A DNA stretch of 64,000 nt from Eledone cirrhosa (Eukaryota), in NCBI GenBank assembly GCA_964016885.1, contig OZ024746.1, positions 42,160,001-42,224,000 on the forward strand. Direction: 5' to 3'. Within the stretch, counting starts at the first letter, position 1, and each line of letters begins with the position of its first letter. Shown piece by piece: positions 25,809 through 37,025 of this stretch. A program made the position numbers and the translations under genes. The notes below the pieces were generated by a model. It worked only from the letters and a program-made list of their open reading frames with translations, ran no database searches and was not told where the DNA came from.

Positions 25809-26003
25809 AGGCAATGGATTGGCAGTATCAGTAGAGGGTCGGACATCATGCTTTGATGCATAGAGTTACGGCCCTTGCCATTCTGAGTTCAAATCCCACT
25901 GAGGTTAACTTTGCCTTTCATCCTTATGGGGTCGATAAAATAAAGTACCAGTAATACACTGGTTAATTACTGGCCTTGTGCCAAAAGTAGAAACAATTAT
26001 TAT
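25809..26003 (+). mobile_element. Meta-type SINE, full length
   Basis: Homologous to 53480-53665. TATTATTTAAGG repeated on both flanks. Confidence 0.88.
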
Positions 26004-27989
26004 TTAAGGTATATTGGATTTGTTTATTTTAACCTGATTTAACTGTTTCATTGTGATATTGTGCATTTTAGTAAAAACGTTTACTATTGAGAGATTTTGT
26101 CATAGAAAAGCATTTCCCCAGGTTTATGAAAATGTGTATATAGCCCAGTATTTAGTTTAAATGTAACATCTAGGAAATTTAGTACTTTGTTATTTATATC
26201 AAAAGCTATAGTAAAGTCATATTCTTTAATAAAACATTTTTCTTAGTTCTTTCTAGGTTTCTACTATTACTATCAAGTGTGAAGAGGGATCATGACAATA
26301 TAAGCCTCTATTAAAGAAAGGGAAGATGCCTTTTAATTTACTTAGTAAGAAAAGACCTACTACGTCACTAACTTGAGCTGAACCACTTCATCTCAGTGAT
26401 AACAAAGTTAGCAAGGTGATATGTTTCTGATCCAGAGATTGCCATCAAACTCAATTATAATCTTCCTTGCAGCAAGGATGATGTCAATTTCTGCTCTGGT
26501 TAAGTTTCTTAAATTTTCGCCATAATTAAAGCCCCGTTCTGGTGGTTAGGTGGGCTGGAAGAGTAATAATCTTCTATATCAAACTGTATAAAGCTCATTT
26601 CTTTTTTTGTTTTCTAGCTCACCATCTTTATCATCATTTAATGTATGTTATATGCTGATGATGATATATTAATTATATATTGTCCAACATACAATGTTGC
26701 CTCACCGCAATTTAATATTTACAATGATATTCAATGAAGTAAATTGCAAAGATTTTCAATGTAAAATGATATTAGTCATCATAAAGTACAAATTTCAGAC
26801 AGAATCAGGCCTACTGGCAAGATTCAAATCATATGTCTATTGTTTGTTGAGTGACTGTTGTATTAATTACACTTCAGAGAGGTCCTTCCAATCTCACTCT
26901 CTCTCTCAAACCAGTTATATAATTCTAAATGAAATTTAACCTGTTTTAATATGCTACATCATATAGGGGTATGGTGGTGTTTGTGTTCATGTCATTGCTC
27001 ATGTTTGACATCACTAGCAGTATTAATGACATTTGTCATATAAACAATATTTCCAACTGCTCATTTTGATGTGGAAAAACTAATAACTTACTGAAAAGAC
27101 AAATATGAGTTGATATTGAGAAGGACATCAAGCATAAGGACACTGCCTAGAAAAATATCTTATCAGACCCATGCTAACATAGAAAAATCAGACATGCAGA
27201 TATAACTAACATTTTGGCATAAATATTTATTTAATTACATTGGCAAACATACAAATTAGACTGACCATTTCAGCTATTTTCCATACTGTGTATAGGACTG
27301 GTGCTCTGATAAAATGCATCCAATAGATTCTGTAAATTGGTTGACATTAGAAAGGATATATAGCCATAAAAATCTTAACATAGGTTTCAGAGGATTCCTC
27401 AGATGTGTGATGGGAACAGAAACTTTTCTAGTGCCGATGCTTAGATGAAATGCATCCATACACTTTATAAAGTGCTCTGACATAAGAAGTAAGATGGGAG
27501 GCCCTGACTTGTCTGAGAGATTGGTATCTCTGATTAAGTACTAACTTGACCTATAACACATTCAATACATGCTAGAATAGATGTTAAAGACGTTGATATC
27601 GATGGTGATATATGTTGATATAGTAATATTTCTCCATACACTGAATCATTGAGCTAATTGAAATGCATAAGGATAATGTTTTTCTGTGGATTGAGGAATA
27701 GTTAAAAGTGTTTGCACTTCAGTATTTTCTCAGCTAAGGCTTCTAATTCGAAAGCAGTAGTTGTAGTGACATTTCTTTTAATTTAATATATATATATATA
27801 TCATTTCATTTCTACAGCTGAGTAAACTGGAGCAATGTGAAATAAAGTGTCTTGCCCAAGGAAACAAGACATCACCCAATACTTCCTTCTATATCAAGCG
27901 TTAACCTAATATATACCTTCCATATACTGTGCCAATTGTGTTGTTATTTTTGTTTACCTTTTACATAGCTGTATATATATATGTATGTA

Positions 27990-29125
27990 AGTGTGTAGGA
28001 AAGGAGTAGGCAGAAACTCCATTTTATGTCCCAAATGCAAAGTATGGGTGCATAAAAGATGTAGTGGGATCACAGGTAAGCTAACTAAGAATATAGATTT
28101 TATATGTAGCCGGTGCTCTGGTGCAATAAGTAGCAGCAAATGCCCACAGAATACTAGATCATTCCATTGCCCAGATGGTTCTATAGAAATAATGGACACC
28201 TTCCATTACCTGGGTGACAAAATCAGCAGTGGTGGAGGGTGCGCTGAAAGTACTGTAGTTAGAGTCCGAACGGGATGGAAAAGGTTCAGAGACTGTATAC
28301 CACTATTGGCCGCTAAAGGTTTCTCTCTAAAAATAAAAGGCAGGCTGTATGATGCCTGCATACGAACAGCGATGATACATGGCAGTGAGATATGGGCATT
28401 GTGTGTAGAGGATATACGCAGACTGGAGAGGAACGAAGCTTGCATGCTCCATTGGGTGTGTAATAGTAATATACGCGAACGGCAAAGCATAAATGAACTA
28501 AGTGAGAAATTAGGAATAAGAGGGATCAGATGCTGTTTACTTGAGAGAAGACTACGTTGGTATGGTCACGTGATGCGCATGAAAGATGACAGCTGTATAA
28601 AAAAGTGCAGGGCGATCAAAATAGACGGTAGCTATGGAGTAGGCAGACCGAGAAAAACCTGGGACGACTTGATAAAATCCGACCTCACACACTTACACTT
28701 CTCCAAGACAATGTCACTGGACCGAGATCTTTGGCGCTACGTAGTAATACAGAAGACCCGTACAAAGCGAAACCTACAGTCAGTAGACACCTCTTAACCA
28801 AAATACACCCCCACCGCCATCTACACCACCCCTTTCGATGTAAAGCTATGTTGGTACCACAACATCCAGTCCTAAATAAATGAGGTCGTGTAGGTGTCAC
28901 GACAAAAAAAAACACACAGCCCACGCTGTAATGTAGATAACACGGTAAAAACCTCCCAGTCCACATTGTAAACGTGGTTGGTGTTAGGAAGTGCATCCAG
29001 CAGTAGAAAACCCGCCAGACAGTCCTGAGCAAGACAACCAATCTTGCCTCAAGTGGGACAACTCCCGTCCAGACCGATGCTAGCGTGGAAAACGGACGTT
29101 AAACGATGATGATGATGATGATGAT
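27990..29125 (+). mobile_element. RTE LINE subfamily B, 5'-truncated within the PHD finger
   Basis: ORF 27991-28797: CRKGVGRNSILCPKCKVWVHKRC...CSRC, YLGD, RRLRWYGH. (GAT)n tail followed by (TA)n. Confidence 0.94.
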
Positions 29126-29235
29126 ATATATATATATACACATATATATATATACATACATATATATATATATGCATATATATATATATATAGAATAAGA
29201 AAATGCAAAGTAGTTTCAGATGTTAAAGTCCTTTA

Positions 29236-29312
29236 GGCTGTGATACATATTTCAATAACAACAATGGTAATGCGATCTCACGTACCGAGTGCCATGATCT
29301 CATCAGACACCC
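29236..29312 (-). ncRNA. Probable decayed hammerhead with extended stem II
   Basis: Minus strand GGGTGT-CTGATGA-GATCATGG...CCAT...ATT-GAAAT-ATGT-ATC-ACAGCC. Stem I pairs at 5 of 6 positions. The element ends at (TA)n near 29190. Confidence 0.45.
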
Positions 29313-29676
29313 TCTCACATAATAAGGTTACGTTATCGATTATCCAAATTAAAACGATAAGGGAACAGACAAAGATGATGTTCTTGAAGCCTTCACCCGT
29401 TCCCTTGTCATAATGCGTATCATTACCTATAAAAGGCAGATTGTTGTTGTTGTTGTTGTGTGTGTGTGCATGTTCCATGTTTATACATTTGCATAATTTC
29501 AAAACAATTCGACTCAACGTCTGTAAGAATGTTGTAAATGGTCTAACTTAGGTCAACGACTATTTATTTCATTCATACTCACCCACAATTACGGAAATAA
29601 TCGATAAAACTAAATACATGATGCTTTACCCCTCTAATAGAATCTGATTACCTCTCTCTACTTCCCTTAAACTTTA

Positions 29677-29707
<31 letters not shown>

Positions 29708-29750
29708 GAGAGAGAGTGAGAGGGAGATAGAGAGAGAGAGAGAGAGAGAG
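29677..29750. repeat. (GA)n microsatellite
   Basis: Read directly from the sequence. Confidence 0.95.
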
Positions 29751-29959
29751 AACATTTGTTTTTGAGTGTGGAACGGTCAAATATTTATTTACTTCAATGA
29801 CAAAGAGAACTTATTACATTTCATACGAAACAGCAATTATTCAAAAGCAACAGATAAATTTATTCAGCATCAAAAAAAAAAATAGCGATAAATCTTTTTT
29901 AAAACATCTATCAACTAACGTGGAAGAAAGAAGTATCAGTTCATTTACTATACACAATA

Positions 29960-30141
29960 ATATCCTCTATGAGGTGACTAAACCTGCTAGAAACAGCAGC
30001 TAACTCTCCCCCATATCACACCACTCCCTACTGTCTTAAATTTAGAAAACATATCCTCTATGAGGTCACTAAACCTGCTAGAAACAGCAGCTAACTCTCC
30101 TCCATATCACACCCCTCCCTACTGTCTTAAATTTAGAAAAC
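29960..30141 (+). repeat. Tandem duplication, 2 x 91 bp
   Basis: ATATCCTCTATGAGGT...AAATTTAGAAAAC at 29960-30050 and 30051-30141, with 3 differences. Confidence 0.92.
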
Positions 30142-30144
30142 ACA

Positions 30145-30440
30145 CATTAGACAACCATGCAGAACAACTCCATCGCAGCTCTGTTGTTCGGCTGGCATCA
30201 TCTATGCGCGTGTTGCGCAAGTACTGTGAAACAATAAATTTCAACACTTCTTTGCACAGAGATAATATCCATAGGCGAAACTACAATTGTCATTGCTGGC
30301 GCAGATCCTGCTGCGGCAGTCCAGGTCTGCAATTCATTCACCCAGTGCCTGGCAGACAAAAAAGTGCTGCCATAAAATGGGTGATGCAACCTAACTTTGG
30401 TAACTTACTGACTCCGAGCAATGCCGGGCTTTAATGCTAG

Positions 30441-30441
<1 letters not shown>
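30145..30441 (+). mobile_element. Helitron-type element, 3' terminus
   Basis: GC-rich CCGAGCAATGCCGGG motif just upstream of CTAG (30437-30440), followed by T. The 5' boundary is uncertain. Confidence 0.6.
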
Positions 30442-30483
<42 letters not shown>

Positions 30484-30487
<4 letters not shown>

Positions 30488-30800
30488 AATTTTGTATCTA
30501 ATGATATACAATATGTTCGCGAATAAACAATTGGAAACCCTTCCAGCTATGAATATTGAAAAAACTATAGATTTTCACCTGTTTCAAATTTGAGCAGGGG
30601 AAGCATTTTTCTGATGACAACCAGAGCTAGAAACCCGTTGGCAATTGTTCCCCACTATTTCTGCTGGAATCTACTAGATGGCAGTAACCATCAGCTTTTC
30701 AATATTTATAGCTGGAAGGTTTCCAAATGTTTATTCATGAACATGCCGTATATCATTAGATTTACAAAATTCACATACTTATATGTATACAGCTATGCTG
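30484..30800. mobile_element. MITE-like element with about 80-bp imperfect inverted repeats
   Basis: 30484-30562 is approximately the reverse complement of 30695-30776. Confidence 0.7.
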
Positions 30801-30830
30801 GAGTGAAAACTTTAATATATATATATATAT

Positions 30831-30992
30831 ATAGGAAAAAGTATGACCCTGACGGCAGAGCTCAAACTATTTTGAAACGACTTGAGCTCTGCCGTCGGGG
30901 TCATACTTTTTCCTATTTCCCACTCTACTACCCTAAGTATTGAGTACTCTGATGCGTTATGGTCCATCTGGTTCCTTACCACAATTCCTTTG
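30831..30992 (+). mobile_element. Fold-back element (putative PLE end): 35-bp inverted repeat plus tail
   Basis: Arms 30831-30865 and 30882-30916 with 1 mismatch. The tail shares GTATTGAGTACTCTG with 45328-45342. Confidence 0.7.
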
Positions 30993-31003
30993 TTATATAC
31001 ATA

Positions 31004-31296
31004 TATGTTGGTACCACAACATCCAGCCCGAAACAAATGAGGTCGTGTAGGTGTCATGACAAAAAAACACACAGTCCACGCTGTAATGTGGCCGTGTAGG
31101 TAGCACGGTAAAAACCTCCCAGTTCCACACTGTAAATGTGGTTGGTGTTAGGAAGAGCATCCAGCCGTAGAAAACCCGCCAGACAGTCCTATGCGAGCAA
31201 GACAATCACTCTTGCCTCAAGTGGGAAAACCCCCGTCCAAACCCATGCGAGCGTGGAATATGAACGTTAAACGATGATCATAATGATGATGATGAT
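31004..31296 (+). mobile_element. RTE LINE subfamily B variant, 3' UTR fragment
   Basis: Homologous to 28848-29125. Confidence 0.9.
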
Positions 31297-33159
31297 ATAT
31301 ATATATATATATTGTACATGAATGACAAAGTATGGATTAACTGAGAGAAAAAGTGGGTATAAGAGGAATCAAGTAGTGTGTATGAGAGTGGACTGTGCCA
31401 GTTTGGATGTGTGCTGCGCATTGATGATGATCGCGATGAGTGGAGAGATGATATGCTGAAAATGACCCATCCAACCTATGCAAGCTTGGAAAAGTGGACG
31501 TAAAAATGATTATGATGATGATGATAATGATTAAGGATGATGATGATGATGATATATAAAGCTTTGTGAAGTAAATTTAGAAGTGATTGAGAAGGCTAAA
31601 AAATTGAAGTTAGAAATAACAAAATACTGATCTCTTAAAATAGTAGGAGCTTGTGGAAGCTGAAGACAAAGGATGAAATGGGTAGAAATAGTGATGATGG
31701 CGCAGAATACATCAAGATTATCGAGGATCATAATGATTGGTGTCATGTTTTATAGGGGAAAACTGACTTATTGTTGCAAGTATGGAGATATGGTTACTAA
31801 TATGGTAGAGACGGTAGCTGGTTGTACCAGACCTTTCACTAATAACATCCCTGTTAAATCTCCCTCTTCTGTTCTGTCTGCTATCTCTCTGCATATTGCT
31901 CTCTGCTCTACAGAGGGCATCTTTGTATTCCACCACCCATTACATCTATCTTGCTATTTTTCATCATTTTCATCATCATCATCATCATCCTCATCCTCCT
32001 CATTATCCTCCTCATCATCCTCATCATCACCCTAATCCTCATCTTCATCATCATCACCCCCCGCCCCCACCCCCACCACCACCATCACCATCATCATCAT
32101 CATCATCATCACTATCACTTTACCCCACTCTCTCTCACTAGACCATTAGCTGTTACCATTATCACTACCTCTCTTACCTTCCCCCTCTACAATTAACCAT
32201 CACTGATTATCACCATCTTGTGCATTATTCTTATTATCACTTCTCTCTCACCACATCATCATTCTTCATCAATTATCACTCTACATTCCTCTCATTAATA
32301 ATCCTCTTCCATTACATTTAACTCCCATCAAAATACCAGTATATATGTGTGTGTGTGAGTGTGTGTATACATGTGTGTGTGTGCATGTGTGTGTGGTGTT
32401 TGTAGAAATAAATATGAGATAGATACCCTCTATACTCATAGATGACTGAGATTATCAGAAGCCAACAAGAGAGCTGTTATGTGGTCAATAAAGTTGCAAG
32501 AAATCACCACCAAATCACAGCTTACCATTATAAAAAGAGGAAGGTCACATGAGATAACTGTAGATACACTATGCTTGAAAAAGCAAATTTGCAGGGTATG
32601 AACACCCTGGATTATAGGTCTGTTCAACGAAATAATGAATACTGAGATTAACTCACAAAGAAGAATATACCATTTTGTAGAAATATATACAATTAAGATG
32701 GTAAGGTATTGGTGATAGCTTATTATTGTCTTGAATTGTCTTGATTTGGCACATGTTTCAATATTCTTAACTGTAGGAGTAGACCTGAAAGTGGCTGTTT
32801 GAGTGAACATTAGAATGAAAGTAAGTATCCTTGCAAAATGCAATGTAGCAAAAACAGAGATGTAAAAAAAGAAAAATATGAGGAAGTATTACCAAGGAAA
32901 TTCTTTCTCCAAGAGGAAACAATCTACAAAGAATAAATAGATAAGTATGATTGCAAAACATGTTGACATTTAGCAAGGAAAACGAATCAGTTCAGCTAGG
33001 GATGTTAGCTGTTATATACATCTGGTGTCCTTTCTATGATTGTGTGTGTGAATATGAATGTGTCAGAATGTGCATACAAAACCGCATATAATCTGTATGC
33101 ACACTATATATATATATATACATCTACTTATCTCTCAGTATCTCACTCTCTTTGCACCC

Positions 33160-33164
<5 letters not shown>

Positions 33165-33251
<87 letters not shown>

Positions 33252-33280
33252 CATATATACATACATATATATATATATAT
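33165..33280. repeat. Long (TA)n microsatellite
   Basis: Read directly from the sequence. Confidence 0.95.
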
Positions 33281-34389
33281 TATTTTTCAAAAGAAAAGAA
33301 GAAATGTATTTCAAGGCAGCATCTATGAGAGTGCTCAATAAAGTAATGTTTAGAGCTTTATATTATGCAGTGATACTGAATTAAAAAATCATAAATAGAA
33401 GAAAATAAATGTATATATTTTACAAGAACCCATCATGTTAAACTGGTCAATTCAATAAAAATTCAGCCATGAGGGTGAGCAAGGAAAATTAAATGAAGGT
33501 TGACCCAGGGTTAAATTTACTTGTAATGATAAAACGATGGGATATCAAAATTCCATGAAGCTAATAAACGTTTGAGTCTTTGACATTTAACTGCAAACTT
33601 AACACACTGCAAAGTGTTCAATAATCACAAAGACAGATGTGTTTTTAAAATAAATGAAGAAATGAATTTTAAAGTAAGTGTATATGGGTGTGTTCAATAA
33701 ATTTATATTTAGAGACATATATTATGTAGACAAACTGAATAAAATAACAGTTAGCGGTATACATATATAATATTGCTCTAGTAAAATCCTCTGTATGAAG
33801 GTAGTTATATCATGAAGGTAGTTATATTCTGATGAGGTGACAAAAGTCTCTAAAATGTTTTTCTGTGTTTTTCTGTATACAGAAAAATGTTCCAACCATG
33901 AGGCATTGGTCAAGCCAAAGCTTTAGGAGATGACATCTAAGAAAGGTGCTGCATTGTGGGACTGAACTCAGAATCATAGGGTCATGAAGCAAACTCCTTA
34001 ACCACACAGCTATACCTGCATTAAATGTACCTCAAATCTTCATATGGTTGAGAGTTTATGCGTGCATTTATGTATACATTATATCATGTTATATCTTCAT
34101 TTATGAACAATAGCATCACTGGTTACCAGTTTCCATTATTGATTCAATACATTTCTGATAGCAAGATTGGCAATGGAGTGTTTGCAACTCAATATACCGT
34201 GCTTGAAATACATTTGTTGTTCATTAATGTTTACATCACTTACAAATATACATTTATAGTAATAAATATATGTATGAGTAGAAGGCTAGACTTCAGTAAT
34301 TCTCTTTACTACATCTTTGCAGTTATACGCATTTTTTTGGTGTCAGTCTTTATTGCACAATGATACCATTAAGCAATTATTGACACAAC

Positions 34390-34870
34390 TTCTTCAGACA
34401 GCGGTTGTCTATTGCAGGTACATTAAACACCTCAAACGGTTTCACCAGCTTTGCCTGCATGACATTCTCAGAGTTCACAGGAGTACACACATATTAGACA
34501 CTAAAATATTACAAAATGCAGGTGCAATTAGCATTGAAGCTCACATCAACTCTGATGGGTAGGCCACATTGTTGGATATGAGAAGCACAGAATCTCAAAA
34601 CTGTATTTGAAGGATTGAGTGAAAGACTCCTAAACACAGCGCCAAATTGACCTATTATACTGGGGGGTTATGGCATTAGAAAGAAACAAGTGGTGCACCA
34701 CTATATCTAATAATTTGAGACTTTTTGAGAAATTTGCTTTGGAATGGGCTAGCATTAAACATGCAGCTAAGAAAGACCAACATGTGGAGACCTGTGTACC
34801 TCAGTGTCTATCAGATATAAGTGGCCGAATATACCTGTCAAAAGTATTGGTTATAATAGGCATCAATGTA
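34390..34870 (+). mobile_element. BovB-like RTE C-terminal remnant
   Basis: YCRYIKHLKRFHQLCLHDIL...ILQNAGAISIEA resembles the BovB motif Y.RHI..L.RFH..CLR.IL. Confidence 0.65.
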
Positions 34871-35361
34871 AGCATGTAGAAATGCTACAGATTGAATATG
34901 ACCCATTCCTTGCAGCCAATTTGACATGTGGTATAAAGTGGCAGAGAATTTTCAAATAATAGGGGATTTGCGGGGTTATTAAAAAATACATAAACATGGT
35001 CACTATCAGACTGAAGAGCCAAATGATGGAAGGAGTGAATTCCAATGCATTTTATGCAACAAAACATGCAAGTCCCTAGCAGATTTTAAATGCCACTACA
35101 GGGCTGACAACCACCAATAGAGATTATATTATTTGTCAGTGATGATCTTACTCATCTAACAACTTGATGGCTATTATTTGTATGTATGTATGTATCTATG
35201 TATGTACACAATGCACATTTATGTTGTATCTGTCTATGAAATTCCACTCAATATATTTTTCAATACAAAGCTATTGTAAAAGATATTTCTCCAAGTCCCG
35301 CCACTATTGAATTGAATTTGCACCCCCTGGCTAAATAGTGAACTTCCTGACCATACAGTAT

Positions 35362-35404
<43 letters not shown>

Positions 35405-35606
35405 CACACACATATATATGTATATATATATACACACACATATATATATATATTAATTCGAGTAAGTGTTGGTTAATCACCAACACTTCAGTATGTAGGG
35501 TTGAGCACTCAACGAAATACGCAGGTGGGATACATAACTGCGATTATGAATAAACAAAGTTAATTTTAACCTGTTGACATGGACTTCATATTTCTATATA
35601 TATAAA

Positions 35607-35658
35607 TAACCCATGCTAGCATGGAAAATGGACATTAACCGATGATGATGATAATGAT
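35607..35658 (+). mobile_element. Ultra-short RTE 3' terminus; similar stubs at 35950-36005 (-), 37404-37460 (+) and 61367-61419 (+)
   Basis: Only the ACCCATGCTAGCATGG stem-loop, the GGAC.TTAA motif and the (GAT)n tail, set in or next to (TA)n. Confidence 0.8.
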
Positions 35659-35689
35659 ATATATATATATATATATATATGTGTGTATA

Positions 35690-35926
35690 TAAAAGCTTCA
35701 CGGCACAGGCATTGCTTTATATCTGGAGATCTCTCTGCACTTGTCATCACACGGTACCATGGGCCCAGCACTATGTGTCAATAATTGTCACAAGTGTAGT
35801 GTTTGTACCAGAGTTTTCAAGTCGCTGGCTGGACTAAAAAGTCACACTCGTTCAGCGCATCGGTAGGGGTTCTCCTACATGGATATAAAGTAGTGGCCGT
35901 ACTCGAAAACGAGTTGGCAGCCACCA
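35690..35926 (+). mobile_element. LINE 3' end encoding a C2H2 zinc finger (BovB-like RTE)
   Basis: HKCSVCTRVFKSLAGLKSHTRSAHR* then a CTCGAAAACGAG hairpin. (TA)n on both sides. Confidence 0.65.
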
Positions 35927-36504
35927 TGTATATATATATATATATATATCATCATCATCATCATCATCATCATCGTTTAATGTCCATTTTCCACGCTAGC
36001 ATGGGATATATATATATATATATATGGGGGACGGGATTGGGGAGGTAGATCTAGGGGCTTATATGAGAGGGTGGGTGTTCAGGCATGGGTGGAGTGTTAG
36101 GACATAGGAGGTGCAACAATGGGGAGATGTGGTTGGGGCAGGGTTGTTAGGGCATAGAGGTGTATGGAAATGGGAGGAGTAAATTAGTGCATACATGATG
36201 TATGCTTCATCCGTGCACATTATTACATCATAATGCAAGAGATCTCGATCCTAGGTCATTGCCTTTTAGAAATGTATTTGTGCAAGGACAGCTTTTATCT
36301 CCTCATCCCAAGTCTTCCTAGGTCTTCCTACATCGTAGCTTCCATCAACATTGAGCCCCAAGCTCCTTTTTATACATCTGTCATCCTTCATATGTGTCAC
36401 ATATCCATATCAGTGCATTCTCCTCTCCTTCACACTGCATCTGACTCCTCTTATACCTAGTTTCTCTCTCAATTCATTTATGCATGTAAGCTTCATTTCT
36501 TTCA

Positions 36505-37025
36505 AAGATGTACAACCAAGCAAATACCCTTCATCAAACATCTACCATTCTCTGAATGCCTTGCATTCCTGGGCATGGATACATTGAAGTTCTGACTTCT
36601 GGCAACTGACTTGGTAAATACCCACAAAATTATTAACCATCTTGCCAACCAACAACAACCCTGAGCACCTTTTTGAATTCCATGTGTGTAACACACGTGG
36701 CCATGCCTACAAAATCAGAAAACAGTACAGCTCCCATGACTTTCAGAAACATTTTTTTCATGCTCAGAGTTGCTGAAGCATGGAACAAACTACCTGCATC
36801 AGTTGTTAGCTGCCTGGATACTGCATCCTTTAAAACCTCCATGTTTCCTGAAATTCGCCAACACTACACCTGATATACCCACTCCATACACACGCACACA
36901 TGTATATCCTGACTCATACACTGTTCACTTTCCTGACATTGGTACATTATTCTATGTACTATACATGCACTTTTGATGAGTTGTAGTGCACCTGAGCACT
37001 GTACACAATAATTTTATTATTATTA
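36505..37025 (+). mobile_element. CR1-clade LINE 3' end nested in an older minus-strand RTE (36230-36500 and 37045-37375)
   Basis: NTRGHAYKI..., RVAEAWNKLPASVV...SFK, an AGTGCACCTGAGCACT stem-loop and an (ATT)n tail. Confidence 0.85.

Noticed and set aside
32436-32976. Possible degraded PLE GIY-YIG on the minus strand
   Set aside because: Only vague motif resemblance, with no intact GIY/YIG residues.
33825-33865. CTGATGAG followed by a GAC/GTC hairpin
   Set aside because: No GAAA box and no stem I pairing, so it is not supportable as a hammerhead.
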